64,000 bases of DNA from Candidatus Peribacter sp. UBA6535 (GCA_002436205.1 DJKT01000001.1:4055-68054), one strand, 5' to 3'; numbered from the stretch's first letter, positions 1-9,732 are shown. Program-made: numbers and translations. The notes: a model not told the origin generated them from the sequence alone.

Positions 1-105
1 CGTGAAGCGGTCATCAATGTCTTAGGCATGATCGATATGGGTCAGGTGGATCATTACCAAAAAATTAGAAACGGAAGTAATACATCTCGAGAGCAGTCTG
101 CCTAG
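1..105 (+). CDS. C-terminal fragment of an unidentified protein (gene starts upstream of the window)
   Basis: Frame 1 is open from base 1 to TAG 103-105 (34 codons). No recognisable motif. Confidence 0.3.
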   Translation, partial: REAVINVLGMIDMGQVDHYQKIRNGSNTSREQSA

Positions 106-110
106 TAGTG

Positions 111-791
111 CTATCTATTCGGTCCAATCACTACAACAAACTCGCCCTTCTTTGTAATAGTGTTCGCGGTTTCTTTGAGGTCTGCAACGGTTGTATGGAT
201 TGCTTCTTCATGCATCTTGGTCAGTTCTCTGGCGATGACCATTTTGCGATCTGGTTGATCGGATAGCGCATCAGCAATCTCACATAATGTTTTTTCGATG
301 CGATGAACGGATTCATACAGAACAATTGTACGATCTTCATCTTTGAATGATCCAAATAATGTTTGTCGTCCTTTTTTGAGAGGAGGGAATCCAATATAGA
401 GGAACTGATTGATGGGGAGACCGGATACGCTCAAAGCTGCCAGGAATGCAGAAGGACCAGGAATAACTTCAATTCGTATTTCGTATTTCGTATTTCGTAT
501 TTTGCTTACGACCTTATATCCAGGATCTGAGATCCCAGGAGTACCCGCATCCGAGACCAAAACCAGATGTTCTCCTGCTTCGAGTCGTTCGATGATCCGA
601 TCGATCTTTTTCTCATCACTGTATCCGTGACAAGAGATCAGTTCCTTTTTTTCTATCTCCAAAGCTTTGAGGAGGCTGCCGGTTACGCGTGTATCTTCAC
701 AGACGATAGCATCACAGGCTTTCAGTGTTTCGATACTACGCAATGTGATGTCTCCGAGGTTGCCGATAGGAGTGGAAACGATGCTTAACAC
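111..791 (-). CDS. rsmI: 16S rRNA (cytidine1402-2'-O)-methyltransferase RsmI
   Basis: 226-aa ORF with [29 protein letters not shown] and IPGPSA motifs typical of RsmI (tetrapyrrole-methylase fold). Confidence 0.9.
   Translation of the reverse strand: MLSIVSTPIGNLGDITLRSIETLKACDAIVCEDTRVTGSLLKALEIEKKELISCHGYSDEKKIDRIIERLEAGEHLVLVSDAGTPGISDPGYKVVSKIRNTKYEIRIEVIPGPSAFLAALSVSGLPINQFLYIGFPPLKKGRQTLFGSFKDEDRTIVLYESVHRIEKTLCEIADALSDQPDRKMVIARELTKMHEEAIHTTVADLKETANTITKKGEFVVVIGPNR
474..501. repeat. (TCGTATT)x4 heptanucleotide tandem repeat inside rsmI
   Basis: Four perfect 7-nt units, translated on the minus strand as [10 protein letters not shown]. Confidence 0.9.
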
Positions 792-878
792 GCAGAGATC
801 CTATCAAAATATTGCGGTTTTGCCCCTTTCTTCCTGAGGAATTTTCGGTATGATCTTAGAGATCCGCGAGGGTTTTCT

Positions 879-3602
879 ATGGCGAAAAAAGACGACAACG
901 ACGGCGTTCAAGATGAACTTCCTTTTGAGGAAGAGGGTAATGATGAAGGTGCAGAGGTATCAGAGGAGGTAGAGGAGAATGCGAATGATTCTGGAATTAC
1001 CAAGCCACCGCCACTAGCGGAAGGTGGTGAGACTATTGCCAATGTAGGTCGTTTGGCTCCTCGTCCGATTGTTACGGAGATGGAGGAGAGTTACCTCGAC
1101 TATGCCATGAGTGTGATCGTCACCCGTGCTCTTCCTGATGCACGCGACGGACTAAAGCCTGTTCATCGTCGTATTTTGTACGTGATGCATGAGCTGGGAC
1201 TGCGAAGCTCTGCAAAGTTCCGTAAGTCTGCCGCAGTGGTGGGAGATGTTATGGGTAAGTATCACCCACATGGAGACAGCGCTATCTATGACGCACTTGC
1301 TCGTATGGCACAGGATTTTTCGATGCGTCATATGCTCGTTAATGGTCAGGGTAACTTTGGTTCCATCGATGGAGACAATCCTGCTGCCATGCGATATACC
1401 GAGGCGAAGATGCAAAAAATTACGGAGGAGATGTTGCAGGATATCGAAAAAAATACGGTTCTATTTCGTCCAAACTACGATGGATCGAAAAAAGAACCTT
1501 CGGTGTTGCCGACGAAAGTTCCGAACTTACTGCTTAATGGAACAGTCGGTATTGCTGTTGGAATGGCGACAAACATTCCGCCACATAACCTTGGCGAACT
1601 TATTGATGCTATCAATCATCTTATCGCAAACCCAGATGCGACAGTCGAAGACCTATTAGAATTTATCCAGGGTCCGGATTTTCCAACGGGAGGTATTGTG
1701 TATGACAAAGAAGTATTGAAGCAGGCATATCTTACCGGTCGAGGGTCTGTTGTTGTGCGCGGTAAAGCAGAGATTGAGGAAGGAAAGAATGGGCGCTGGC
1801 ACATCCGTATTAATGAGCTTCCGTATCAGGTCAATAAATCCAATATGATCGAAAAGATGGCACGTCTTGTTACAGACAAGATCATTGCCGGTATTTCGGA
1901 TATTCGTGATGAGTCAGATAGAGAAGGTATTCGCATCATGATTGAACTCAAAAAAGACAGCTATCCGCAGAAAGTGCTTAACCAGCTCTTCAAGCACACA
2001 GAATTACAGAGTAGCTTTGGTTATAACTGTATCGCTCTCGCTGATGGCTTGCAGCCGCGACTCCTCAACTTGCAGGAGATGTTGCAGATTTTCATCAATC
2101 ATCGTCGTGAAGTTATTACGCGTCGCGTAACCTACGATCGTGACAGAGCAAAAGAGCGAGCGCACATCTTGGAAGGACTGAAAATTGCTCTTGATGATAT
2201 CGACAAGGTCATCGAAACCATCAAGAAGAGTGCAGATAAGGACATAGCGAAGGAAAACCTTATAAAGAAATTTAAGCTCTCTGAGTTGCAGGCAGATGCT
2301 ATTTTGCAGATGCGTCTACAGACACTTTCGGGTCTTGAGCGTCAGAAAGTAGAAGACGAACTCGCAGAGAAGCTCAAGTTTATTGCTGAATGTGATGCAA
2401 TACTCAAAGACAAGAAGAAGATTGATGTTATCGTCGTCGAAGAGATCGCTGCTATTAAAGAACGTTTCGCAGAGGAGAGACGAACGACAATAGTCAAACA
2501 TGCCGTTGGACAGTTCTCTGCAAAAGACACAATCCCGAATTCACCAATGATTGTGGCTCTTACAACTGGCGGGTACGTTAAGCGTCTGTCTCCAATGCAG
2601 TTTAGATCTCAGCAACGTGGTGGTAAGGGGGTTAAGGGAATGACTACTAAAGATGAAGATGAGATTCAGACACTGCTCCACGTTATGAACCATGATGACC
2701 TGCTCTTCTTTACGAATACTGGTCGTGTCTTTAAGCTTCCGGCTTACGAACTTCCGCAAGGAAGCCGTATTGCGAAGGGGCAGGCGATTGTGAACTTATT
2801 GCAGTTGCAACCGGATGAAGTGATCACTGCGATTCTCAAATCAGACCTCGAAGATAAGACGCACCTCTTTATGGTGACAGAGAAGGGAACAGTAAAACGT
2901 ACCGAGCTTGCACAGTTTGATAATATTCGACGCTCCGGTCTTATCGCACAGAAAACTATTCCTGGAGACCGTCTCAAATGGGTGCTTGCTACAAGTGGTA
3001 CAGATGAAATTCTGATTGTGACAAAGAAAGGAAAAGCTATTCGTTTCCCAGAGGGTGATGTACGAGCGATGGGAAGAGCTGCTGCTGGAGTGCGTGGTAT
3101 CAAACTTGGAGCAGGAGATATTGTTGTGGAGGCTGGTGAAATTTCTGACTCTAAAACATCAATGCTTCTTGTGGTGATGGAAAATGGTCTCGGAAAGATG
3201 ACATCTGTAGAAGAATATCGTTTCCAAGGACGAGGAGGTAGTGGGGTAAAAGCTGCGCAGTTGACTGCAAAAACTGGAGAGATTGTCGGAGGATGTATTT
3301 TGCAAGAAGGTGAAGACGGAGATTTGATTTGTCTTTCCAAGCAAGGTCAGGCTATTCGTATGAAACTTTCGGCCATTCCTTCTCGAGGTCGAGCAACACA
3401 GGGAGTTATTGTTATGCGTCTTAAATCAAAAGATAAAGTCGCAACAATGAGTGTGGTAATGGAAGATAAAGAAGGGGAAGAAGCAGTAGCAGAAGCTGCA
3501 GGCGAAACACAGGAGGAGGAGCTAGAGGCAATCTTGAAAGAAGAGCGTCGTGTAAAGCGCGCAGCAACTGCAGGAAAGAAAAAGGCAGCTAAGGAAGAGT
3601 AG
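879..3602 (+). CDS. gyrA: DNA gyrase subunit A
   Basis: 907-aa ORF with [27 protein letters not shown] and AAMRYTE active-site region, plus C-terminal beta-pinwheel repeats. It has acidic N-terminal and Lys/Glu-rich C-terminal extensions. Confidence 0.97.
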   Translation: MAKKDDNDGVQDELPFEEEGNDEGAEVSEEVEENANDSGITKPPPLAEGGETIANVGRLAPRPIVTEMEESYLDYAMSVIVTRALPDARDGLKPVHRRILYVMHELGLRSSAKFRKSAAVVGDVMGKYHPHGDSAIYDALARMAQDFSMRHMLVNGQGNFGSIDGDNPAAMRYTEAKMQKITEEMLQDIEKNTVLFRPNYDGSKKEPSVLPTKVPNLLLNGTVGIAVGMATNIPPHNLGELIDAINHLIANPDATVEDLLEFIQGPDFPTGGIVYDKEVLKQAYLTGRGSVVVRGKAEIEEGKNGRWHIRINELPYQVNKSNMIEKMARLVTDKIIAGISDIRDESDREGIRIMIELKKDSYPQKVLNQLFKHTELQSSFGYNCIALADGLQPRLLNLQEMLQIFINHRREVITRRVTYDRDRAKERAHILEGLKIALDDIDKVIETIKKSADKDIAKENLIKKFKLSELQADAILQMRLQTLSGLERQKVEDELAEKLKFIAECDAILKDKKKIDVIVVEEIAAIKERFAEERRTTIVKHAVGQFSAKDTIPNSPMIVALTTGGYVKRLSPMQFRSQQRGGKGVKGMTTKDEDEIQTLLHVMNHDDLLFFTNTGRVFKLPAYELPQGSRIAKGQAIVNLLQLQPDEVITAILKSDLEDKTHLFMVTEKGTVKRTELAQFDNIRRSGLIAQKTIPGDRLKWVLATSGTDEILIVTKKGKAIRFPEGDVRAMGRAAAGVRGIKLGAGDIVVEAGEISDSKTSMLLVVMENGLGKMTSVEEYRFQGRGGSGVKAAQLTAKTGEIVGGCILQEGEDGDLICLSKQGQAIRMKLSAIPSRGRATQGVIVMRLKSKDKVATMSVVMEDKEGEEAVAEAAGETQEEELEAILKEERRVKRAATAGKKKAAKEE

Positions 3603-3662
3603 TGTAAGTTCTTGTGCATATTTCTTGCATCCAAGCTCAAATTCCCTAAACTCAGCTCGCTT

Positions 3663-3884
3663 ATGAAAACCGGAATCCACCCAGAAATTCATCAGAAGGC
3701 CAAAATTACCTGTTCTTCCTGTAATGAGATCTATGAGATCCCAACGACTGTTGAGGAGATCACGGTGGAAAAGTGCCGAAATTGCCACCCTGTTTACACT
3801 GGTAAGGAGCAACAGGCTGCTACAGGAGGCCGTGTAGAGCGATTCCGCAAGAGGATGGCTAAGGCCAAAAAGGAGGAGAAATAG
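3663..3884 (+). CDS. rpmE: 50S ribosomal protein L31 (zinc-binding type)
   Basis: ORF 3612-3884 trimmed to ATG 3663 (MKTGIHPE...). It has CxxC...CxxC and the HPVYTG motif. Confidence 0.9.
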   Translation: MKTGIHPEIHQKAKITCSSCNEIYEIPTTVEEITVEKCRNCHPVYTGKEQQAATGGRVERFRKRMAKAKKEEK

Positions 3885-3888
3885 GCAG

Positions 3889-3915
3889 ATAGCACTCAAG
3901 CCAAAAGACTGCTAA
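3889..3915 (+). promoter_or_regulatory. CIRCE-like HrcA operator
   Basis: ATAGCACTC-N9-GACTGCTAA versus consensus TTAGCACTC-N9-GAGTGCTAA (16/18 matches, correct 9-nt spacer), 10 nt upstream of the hrcA ATG. Confidence 0.7.
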
Positions 3916-3924
3916 AATATACAT

Positions 3925-4635
3925 ATGAACGAACGTCAATCTCGGCTTCTAGAGGCCATAATCGACCAGTTTATCCTGAGCGCTTCCCCGGTAGGGAGCA
4001 AGAAGCTTTTGGAGTCTGGAGCGTTTGCCTGTAGCAGCGCGACGATTCGTAATGAGATGGGTCAGTTAGAGGATGAGGGATACCTTGAGCAGCCCCATGT
4101 GTCTGCCGGTCGTATTCCTACAGCTCATGGATATAGGATGTATGTTCGAGAGCACATGAAGCCAACGCAGCATGAGGCAATTGTGCGTAAACGTTTTGCG
4201 ACACTGAAAGATCAATATCTTATGAAGAAAGATCAGGAGAAAGCGTACGAGGGAGTGGCATTGCTTACCCATATGATTCCAAACATTGCCTTTGCTACTG
4301 TGCCGCATAAAGAGCGTGTGTATTACCTGGGCTTAAGTAATGTGCTGAAGCAACCGGAAGTACAGGCAGATCCCGTACTCGCTTCGGGAATTGCTGAGGT
4401 ACTGGAAGAGCATCTGACAACGATGCTTGAAGCAATAGAAGTTGACGATCAAATTCGATACTACATTGGTGAAGAAAACATCCTCGAACAGATTCATAGC
4501 TGTAGTCTTATGGTAACGACCTATCAGATGCGTGATTACGAAGGAGTAATAGGTATACTGGGTCCAATGCGTATGGACTACGGCTACAATACTGTGGCAC
4601 TTGATTTAATATCTGACATGATTCGATCTGCATAA
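3925..4635 (+). CDS. hrcA: Heat-inducible transcription repressor HrcA (short form)
   Basis: N-terminal winged-helix pattern MNERQSRLLEAIIDQF..PVGSKKL..SSATIRNEM..LEDEGYLEQPHVSAGRIPT. At 236 aa it is shorter than typical HrcA. Confidence 0.85.
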   Translation: MNERQSRLLEAIIDQFILSASPVGSKKLLESGAFACSSATIRNEMGQLEDEGYLEQPHVSAGRIPTAHGYRMYVREHMKPTQHEAIVRKRFATLKDQYLMKKDQEKAYEGVALLTHMIPNIAFATVPHKERVYYLGLSNVLKQPEVQADPVLASGIAEVLEEHLTTMLEAIEVDDQIRYYIGEENILEQIHSCSLMVTTYQMRDYEGVIGILGPMRMDYGYNTVALDLISDMIRSA

Positions 4636-7314
4636 GTGAAAGAAACACTCCTCTATATTCGCGCACCAAAAGAAAATGAAGAACGCGGTCCCTTGTATGC
4701 GGAGCCAGCTATTGCTGCTATGCATTCTCTAAAAGGAAAAGATGTACCGGTTTCTTTGGAGATGGGTATGGGGCGTGACGGAAAGATCGGATTCTTTGTG
4801 AGGGCTGCTAGAGGAGCGGTACGTTTAACGGAGTCTCAGCTCTATGCACAATATCCGGAGATCGACATTGAGTATCTCACCGAAGATCCGTTTGATCTGC
4901 AGGAAGGAGAACAGGTAGTCAGTGTAGACTTGGTTCTTACAGATCCGGAAGTGTTCCCTATCAAACGTCATCCGCAGTTTGATGACATGCTTACTCGTGT
5001 AAATGTTGACCCTATTGCCGGTATTACTTCGACACTTGCACACTACAGTGTACCGGGGATGCGCGGCCACGTGGGCATTATTATGAAGCCACTTACCGGG
5101 AGTTTCCGCAGGAGATCTCTGCGGTTTTTACCACTGCTTTCTAGGGGGCTTGCTTCTATTTCTGTACGACATGCGAAGTTCTTTACGCAAATGCAACTAG
5201 CACGAGGATGGCGTCGCCTCGTATACTTTCCCGTTGCATTTTTCTTAGGAGGATTCCGTGCGTGGCCCGGGGTAGCGAAGTTTGCAGGCAAAAGTTTGGC
5301 TGCTATCGAAACAGAGTCGTATGATCCTGATTTGCAAGAAGAACAGCAGGCATCTATGCGGTCTCATGATAGAGAAGATCCAATATCTGCTGCTGCAGAT
5401 AAGGTCAATCGACTGATGTTTACGTGCAATATTCGCATCAGTGTTATTGCTCCTGCGGGGCAGCTGGAAGAAGCAAAAGACAAACTACAGGAGATTGCCG
5501 GAAGTTTCCGGCAGTTTGCATTACCACAGTGCAATGCCTTTGTCGTTGGGAAGGCTAAGATCTCTTCGTTGGTTTCTCATAGCATGCAGACGAAGCCGTA
5601 TATTCTTTCTGTGGAAGAAATTGCAACGATGTGGCATATGCCAACCATTCTTGTACAGACACCAAACATTGACTGGGTTGTTAGCAAGAAGCTGGAACCA
5701 CCCAATAATCTTCCTCTGGCAGATAAAGAGAAGGATCTTACCGTGCTTGGAGAAGCGGTATTTCGTGGTCAGCGTCATACGTTTGGTATTCGACCGGATG
5801 ACCGCCGTCGTCATATCTATACCATTGGAAAAACAGGTATGGGTAAATCTACATTGCTCGAGAATATGGTGTATTCCGATATTCATTCTGGTAAAGGGAT
5901 TGCAGTTATCGATCCTCATGGAGATTTGATTGATGCTATCTTGAAGTTTATCCCCAAAGAGAGGAGCAATGATGTTATTCTCTTCGATCCATCTGATACG
6001 GAGTATCCATTGTCGTTTAATGTTTTAGATTGTGCAGATAAAGATCAGCGAGTCCTTGTGGCTTCGGGTTTGATGAGTGTGTTTACGAAGCTGTGGCCTG
6101 ATGCATTCTCTGGAAGAATGGAACACATCCTGCGCAACACATTACTCGCACTTCTCGAAGCAGAAGGACAGTCGATGCTTGGCATCATGCGTATCTTTGC
6201 AGACGACGCGTACCGTGAAAAGATTGTCGAAAAGGTATCGGACCCAATGGTCAAAAGCTTCTGGGTGGATGAGTACGCGGGATGGTCTGATAAATACAGA
6301 ACAGAAGCGGTTGCCGCTATCCAAAACAAGATTGGTCAGTTGCTTTCCACTCCATTGATTCGCAATATTGTTGGGCAAGTTAAAAGCCGCCTTGATGTGC
6401 GTCATGCAATGGACACAGGCAAAATCATTCTCGTGAATCTTAGTAAAGGAAAGTTGGGAGAAGATACATCAGCATTTATTGGATCGATGCTTGTTACGAA
6501 GTTTCAGATCGATGCAATGAGTCGTGCGGATATCCCCGAGGAAGAGAGGCGTGACTTTTACCTCTACGTGGATGAGTTCCAGAACTTCGCAACAGAAAGC
6601 TTTGCGACTATTCTCTCTGAGGCGAGAAAGTACCGACTCAATCTTACAATGGCGAACCAGTATGTGGCACAGCTGCTTATTGGGGATAACAATACCAAGC
6701 TGCGGGATGCGGTGTTTGGAAACGTCGGAACACTCATTAGCTTCCAAGTAGGTTCTGACGATGCAGAAGTTTTGAGTTTGCAGTTTGAAGAGACGGTAAT
6801 GCCCAAAGATATTCTTAGTCTCCCGAAGTATCACGCGTATTCTCGATTGATGGTGGATGGAATGACAAACTTACCGTTTTCTGTCAGCACACTTCCACCT
6901 CCGAAATTCGAGCAAGATGCAGGACGCACAGAAGTTATTCGCAAGCTTTCCCGTGAGCGATATGCTGAGAAGCGTGAGATTGTAGAAGACAAGGTGAATC
7001 GCTGGGCGGCGCAGGCAGCTGAAGGAAAGACGGAGGCAAAGCAAGTAGCAAAAGCAAAAGAGAAAGAAGAAGAGGAGATCAAAAAAGCACGCAAGAAGGG
7101 GATGAAGCTGGAGGAGTATCGTGCGTGGCGTGACCGGGAGATGTGGCTCAATGATTTTAATATGCTTCGCAAACAGCAGCTCTTGGAGAACAATCTCTCA
7201 GATAAGCAGAAGAGTGATATGGCAGAACTCGAAAAGAAACTTGCAGATACTGGTGGTGTACCGGAAATCAGCAAGACACTTCAAGCAGAAATTGATAAGA
7301 AGAAGAAAAATTAG
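4636..7314 (+). CDS. VirD4/TraD-like P-loop ATPase (type IV coupling-protein family) with an unassigned 380-aa N-terminal region
   Basis: GTG start abuts the hrcA stop (TAAGTG). Walker A is GKTGMGKST, followed by VIDPHGD; Walker B/TraG-D_C-like is FYLYVDEFQNF...RKYRLNLTMANQ. It has a Lys/Glu-rich coiled-coil tail and no N-terminal TM pair. Confidence 0.7.
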   Translation: MKETLLYIRAPKENEERGPLYAEPAIAAMHSLKGKDVPVSLEMGMGRDGKIGFFVRAARGAVRLTESQLYAQYPEIDIEYLTEDPFDLQEGEQVVSVDLVLTDPEVFPIKRHPQFDDMLTRVNVDPIAGITSTLAHYSVPGMRGHVGIIMKPLTGSFRRRSLRFLPLLSRGLASISVRHAKFFTQMQLARGWRRLVYFPVAFFLGGFRAWPGVAKFAGKSLAAIETESYDPDLQEEQQASMRSHDREDPISAAADKVNRLMFTCNIRISVIAPAGQLEEAKDKLQEIAGSFRQFALPQCNAFVVGKAKISSLVSHSMQTKPYILSVEEIATMWHMPTILVQTPNIDWVVSKKLEPPNNLPLADKEKDLTVLGEAVFRGQRHTFGIRPDDRRRHIYTIGKTGMGKSTLLENMVYSDIHSGKGIAVIDPHGDLIDAILKFIPKERSNDVILFDPSDTEYPLSFNVLDCADKDQRVLVASGLMSVFTKLWPDAFSGRMEHILRNTLLALLEAEGQSMLGIMRIFADDAYREKIVEKVSDPMVKSFWVDEYAGWSDKYRTEAVAAIQNKIGQLLSTPLIRNIVGQVKSRLDVRHAMDTGKIILVNLSKGKLGEDTSAFIGSMLVTKFQIDAMSRADIPEEERRDFYLYVDEFQNFATESFATILSEARKYRLNLTMANQYVAQLLIGDNNTKLRDAVFGNVGTLISFQVGSDDAEVLSLQFEETVMPKDILSLPKYHAYSRLMVDGMTNLPFSVSTLPPPKFEQDAGRTEVIRKLSRERYAEKREIVEDKVNRWAAQAAEGKTEAKQVAKAKEKEEEEIKKARKKGMKLEEYRAWRDREMWLNDFNMLRKQQLLENNLSDKQKSDMAELEKKLADTGGVPEISKTLQAEIDKKKKN

Positions 7315-7712
7315 TTTTCGTATGTGCGTGGCTGTCCGTAGTCGCACGTTTGGTGGTAGGTTCTTGGTGCAATGCCACGCTTATAATCATCCAGCTGGCA
7401 GTCGGAGTAATTCAGATTTCCTCCGAATGATGAGACTCTTCTGTAGTAGTTTTTAGGTGTTCCTCCTCCAGGGTGATTGTCTGGACGGTTTGCATCGACG
7501 TACGAGTAGACTACGCAGTCTCCCCAGGAGTTTTTGATCTTACATTCAAAGCCTGGGTAGCGAGTCACGTCCAAACCGCGGTAGGGGTTATCAAACCGTA
7601 GTACTCTTGGCACCCAATCCCAGTTCATAGCATACGCAGGAGTGGGGGCAGCAAGGCTTGCTACGCAGAGCAAACTAGCCAAAAATGAAGGAAACCGCTT
7701 CATATAGCGCAA
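7311..7712 (-). CDS. Small secreted hypothetical protein
   Basis: 133-aa ORF with a signal peptide ending AAPTPAYA and several Cys. No family recognised. Confidence 0.5.
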   Translation of the reverse strand: MRYMKRFPSFLASLLCVASLAAPTPAYAMNWDWVPRVLRFDNPYRGLDVTRYPGFECKIKNSWGDCVVYSYVDANRPDNHPGGGTPKNYYRRVSSFGGNLNYSDCQLDDYKRGIAPRTYHQTCDYGQPRTYEN

Positions 7713-7738
7713 TATCCTAATTTCTGGGGTTTAGTCTG

Positions 7739-8206
7739 TCAACGAACTAGCGCTTCTTTTTGGAGTACGAGATTTCGCTGATAGGCGCAGTTTTTGCTAC
7801 ACGCGCGGCAATTCATCGATTCAATACACCGTGCACACATCATTCCAGGCTTTTGACAGTGTTCACAGGTGATACAGCGGTCTCCTGGGTCTCCACAGTG
7901 TGGACAGAGCCCGTAGCGCTCTGAGGGCTTCATCTCTTCATTTACGGCTACTCTGTGGTCGAATACGAAGCATTCGCCATTCCAGTTACAATGAGGCCTC
8001 TCCTTCATATATCGAAGGATGCCACCTTCAAGCTGAAAGACGTTTTCGTATCCTTGACGCTCCATCTCCAGACAAGCTTTTTCACACCGAATTCCTCCTG
8101 TGCAGTACATCAGTACTTTCTTATCCTTAGGGATACCGGAATTCTCTACGTAGTCAGAGAATTCTTGAAAGGTCTGAATTCGCGGGTCTATTGCTCCTTC
8201 AAACAT
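7739..8206 (-). CDS. Rhodanese-domain protein resembling the C-terminal two thirds of TrhO/YceA (tRNA U34 hydroxylase family)
   Basis: Active-site loop MYCTGGIRCEKA followed by a Cys-rich tail (CPHCGD..CITCEHC..CARC..CRACSKNC). An in-frame stop lies 57 nt upstream of the ATG, so there is no N-terminal domain. Confidence 0.7.
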   Translation of the reverse strand: MFEGAIDPRIQTFQEFSDYVENSGIPKDKKVLMYCTGGIRCEKACLEMERQGYENVFQLEGGILRYMKERPHCNWNGECFVFDHRVAVNEEMKPSERYGLCPHCGDPGDRCITCEHCQKPGMMCARCIESMNCRACSKNCAYQRNLVLQKEALVR

Positions 8207-8262
8207 GCCAATTTCTGTTTCGTAATCATCCGAAGTGCTTTTTGGAAAGTATCTTCTTCAGT

Positions 8263-8290
8263 AAAAAAAGCCCCCGAAGGGACTCTTTTT
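8263..8290. terminator. Weak bidirectional terminator-like hairpin
   Basis: A-run, then AGCCC-CCGAA-GGG(A)CT stem, then T-run, between two minus-strand genes. Confidence 0.4.
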
Positions 8291-8309
8291 ACAACCTTCC
8301 TCAGTCTAA

Positions 8310-8858
8310 TCAGTATCGAATGTTGGTGGAGCTGCAGTCACCGCCTGTACAAATGTAGCGGGTGTGCTCGTACTCTTCGTAATAGTTACTGTTATTATTG
8401 TGGCGTCTTCGACCACCATGGTAATAGTCATTATCACTTTGGTAGCGGTATTTTCGGTAGGTGTCGTCTTCTTCATCGAAGTACCATTGCCACGTTCCAT
8501 CTTTGTATCGATCACCTTTGTTGTAGTATCGGAAGAAATCGTCTTTATCATCGAGGTAGTCGTTGTCGTCGTCTTCATTTTCAAATAGATATGCACGGTA
8601 GTAATTGTTTCGATTGTTGTAACGATTATCCCAAGTATGTCGATTCGTTGACTGTGCATTGTACATACTCCTAAATGGATAGGTTTGTGGACTAAAGAAG
8701 TATGGGTTTTGCACTTGTCTGTTTAAACAAGAACCCGCGATGTCTCTGTAGTGGCAGGTGTAGCCTGGATAGTAACTGGCTGCTTCTATAGTGGTAGGCA
8801 GAAGTGCAGCGCAGATGATTGCACTGAAAGCGAGGATTGGGAGAAGTTTCTTCTTCAC
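8310..8858 (-). CDS. Secreted low-complexity Tyr/Asn/Asp/Arg-rich protein
   Basis: ORF 8310-8987 trimmed to GTG 8858 (VKKKLLPILAFSAIICAALLPTTIEA, signal-peptide-like). The mature part is rich in Y, N, D and R. Confidence 0.5.
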   Translation of the reverse strand: MKKKLLPILAFSAIICAALLPTTIEAASYYPGYTCHYRDIAGSCLNRQVQNPYFFSPQTYPFRSMYNAQSTNRHTWDNRYNNRNNYYRAYLFENEDDDNDYLDDKDDFFRYYNKGDRYKDGTWQWYFDEEDDTYRKYRYQSDNDYYHGGRRRHNNNSNYYEEYEHTRYICTGGDCSSTNIRY

Positions 8859-8989
8859 CCCACTACGCCCTGCGGGCTTCGAGGGGCAAGTCTTTACTGT
8901 GATGCGAGATGCAGTCATTGGAAAAGTTAGGAAAGGGGAGTAGCGTACTGCGGTAGAATTTTTTTGGCAATAGTGTGCTGAATACAAAA

Positions 8990-9640
8990 AAAGATCGATA
9001 CAGGATCGACCTTTTTGTGTTTGTGTTTCTCGGGTGACTATCAGAACCTAAGGGTTGAAAGTTGGCTCTGAGTCGGTAGAGAAGAAGTGAGAGCAGGCAC
9101 TCTCGACTTCCTGCCAAGCTACGGTCACTTATGTATACTCGCGACCAGACGAGTCCTCTTTAAGCAGATTCCAAGACAAGGGTTGCCCCAAGGGAATCAA
9201 AGAGAATTAGGAGTGCATCATTCGAATTCGCCTAAGATTTCGGTGATGTCTACGCTTAGCAGAGAGGGCGCTCAGCACGAGTGGCGCGACCACGCTCTTG
9301 CCACGCTAGCAAAAGGGTGATTGGACGGGAAGAACGTACGCCGAGACGACAGCACCGAGCGATCTCTCTGCGGGTATCTGTGGTGTGAAGGATCAAAATC
9401 AAGTCGGGACACTGGTGCTCTGTTTGTTTCTGTTTTGACTCCTTGTGTGTTTGTTTTTGGTCGGAGTCCCGACTGGTGCTCCTATTTGGGGAGCGAGAGG
9501 GCAGTCCCTTAAGGGGGACAACGGCTGATGGACTTAGACCTCTTCGCGAGGTAAGGATCTGCATTAGCAAATCATCACATCGTACCGCAGGGAGGATATT
9601 GCGCAACTTTTCTAGGTCGCGTAAGAAAGGGAATTATTCT
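8990..9640 (-). ncRNA. Candidate large structured RNA or long structured leader (family unknown)
   Basis: About 650 nt with no convincing ORF. GC is much higher than the adjacent AT-rich spacer, there are many local hairpins, and a terminator-like hairpin lies at 8995-9009. Strand assignment is tentative. Confidence 0.25.
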
Positions 9641-9718
9641 ATGGATACAAAATTTATACAATAATTTACATTGCTTAAAACAGCATTACAGAAAGGATAA
9701 CTCTATGTATGAATACAA

Positions 9719-9732
9719 AATTTGTACAAATT
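9719..9732. promoter_or_regulatory. Perfect 14-bp palindrome AATTTGTACAAATT (operator-like)
   Basis: Self-complementary sequence. A related copy, ATACAAAATTTATACAA, lies at 9645-9661 in the same AT-rich spacer. Confidence 0.25.

Noticed and set aside
2744-3340. 198-aa minus-strand ORF inside gyrA. Similar long shadow ORFs occur at 6831-7274, 13319-13771, 16763-17305, 21797-22201, 44853-45338, 45473-46111, 52822-53184, 53181-53672, 55012-55428, 57098-57616 and 59642-60145.
   Set aside because: All lie antisense to, or out of frame within, genes with clear family signatures. They have Ser/Arg/Pro-rich compositions typical of shadow ORFs.
7955-8674. 239-aa plus-strand ORF spanning the rhodanese gene and the Tyr/Asn-rich protein gene.
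   Set aside because: It is antisense to two better-supported minus-strand genes, crosses their intergenic terminator, and has a low-complexity, Cys/Phe-rich nonsense-like composition.
8990-9650. Tried to read the GC-rich ORF-free block as RNase P RNA, tmRNA, SRP RNA or a group II intron domain V.
   Set aside because: Only short chance-level resemblances were found (GGAAGUCGAG versus the P4 GGAAAGUCC, CAGAACC, AGGUAAGG, GCGUACGUUC). Their order and spacing do not fit either strand. There is no tRNA-like acceptor or T-arm, no tag ORF, no GGUCAGGUCCGGAAGG-type SRP motif, and no reverse transcriptase nearby.
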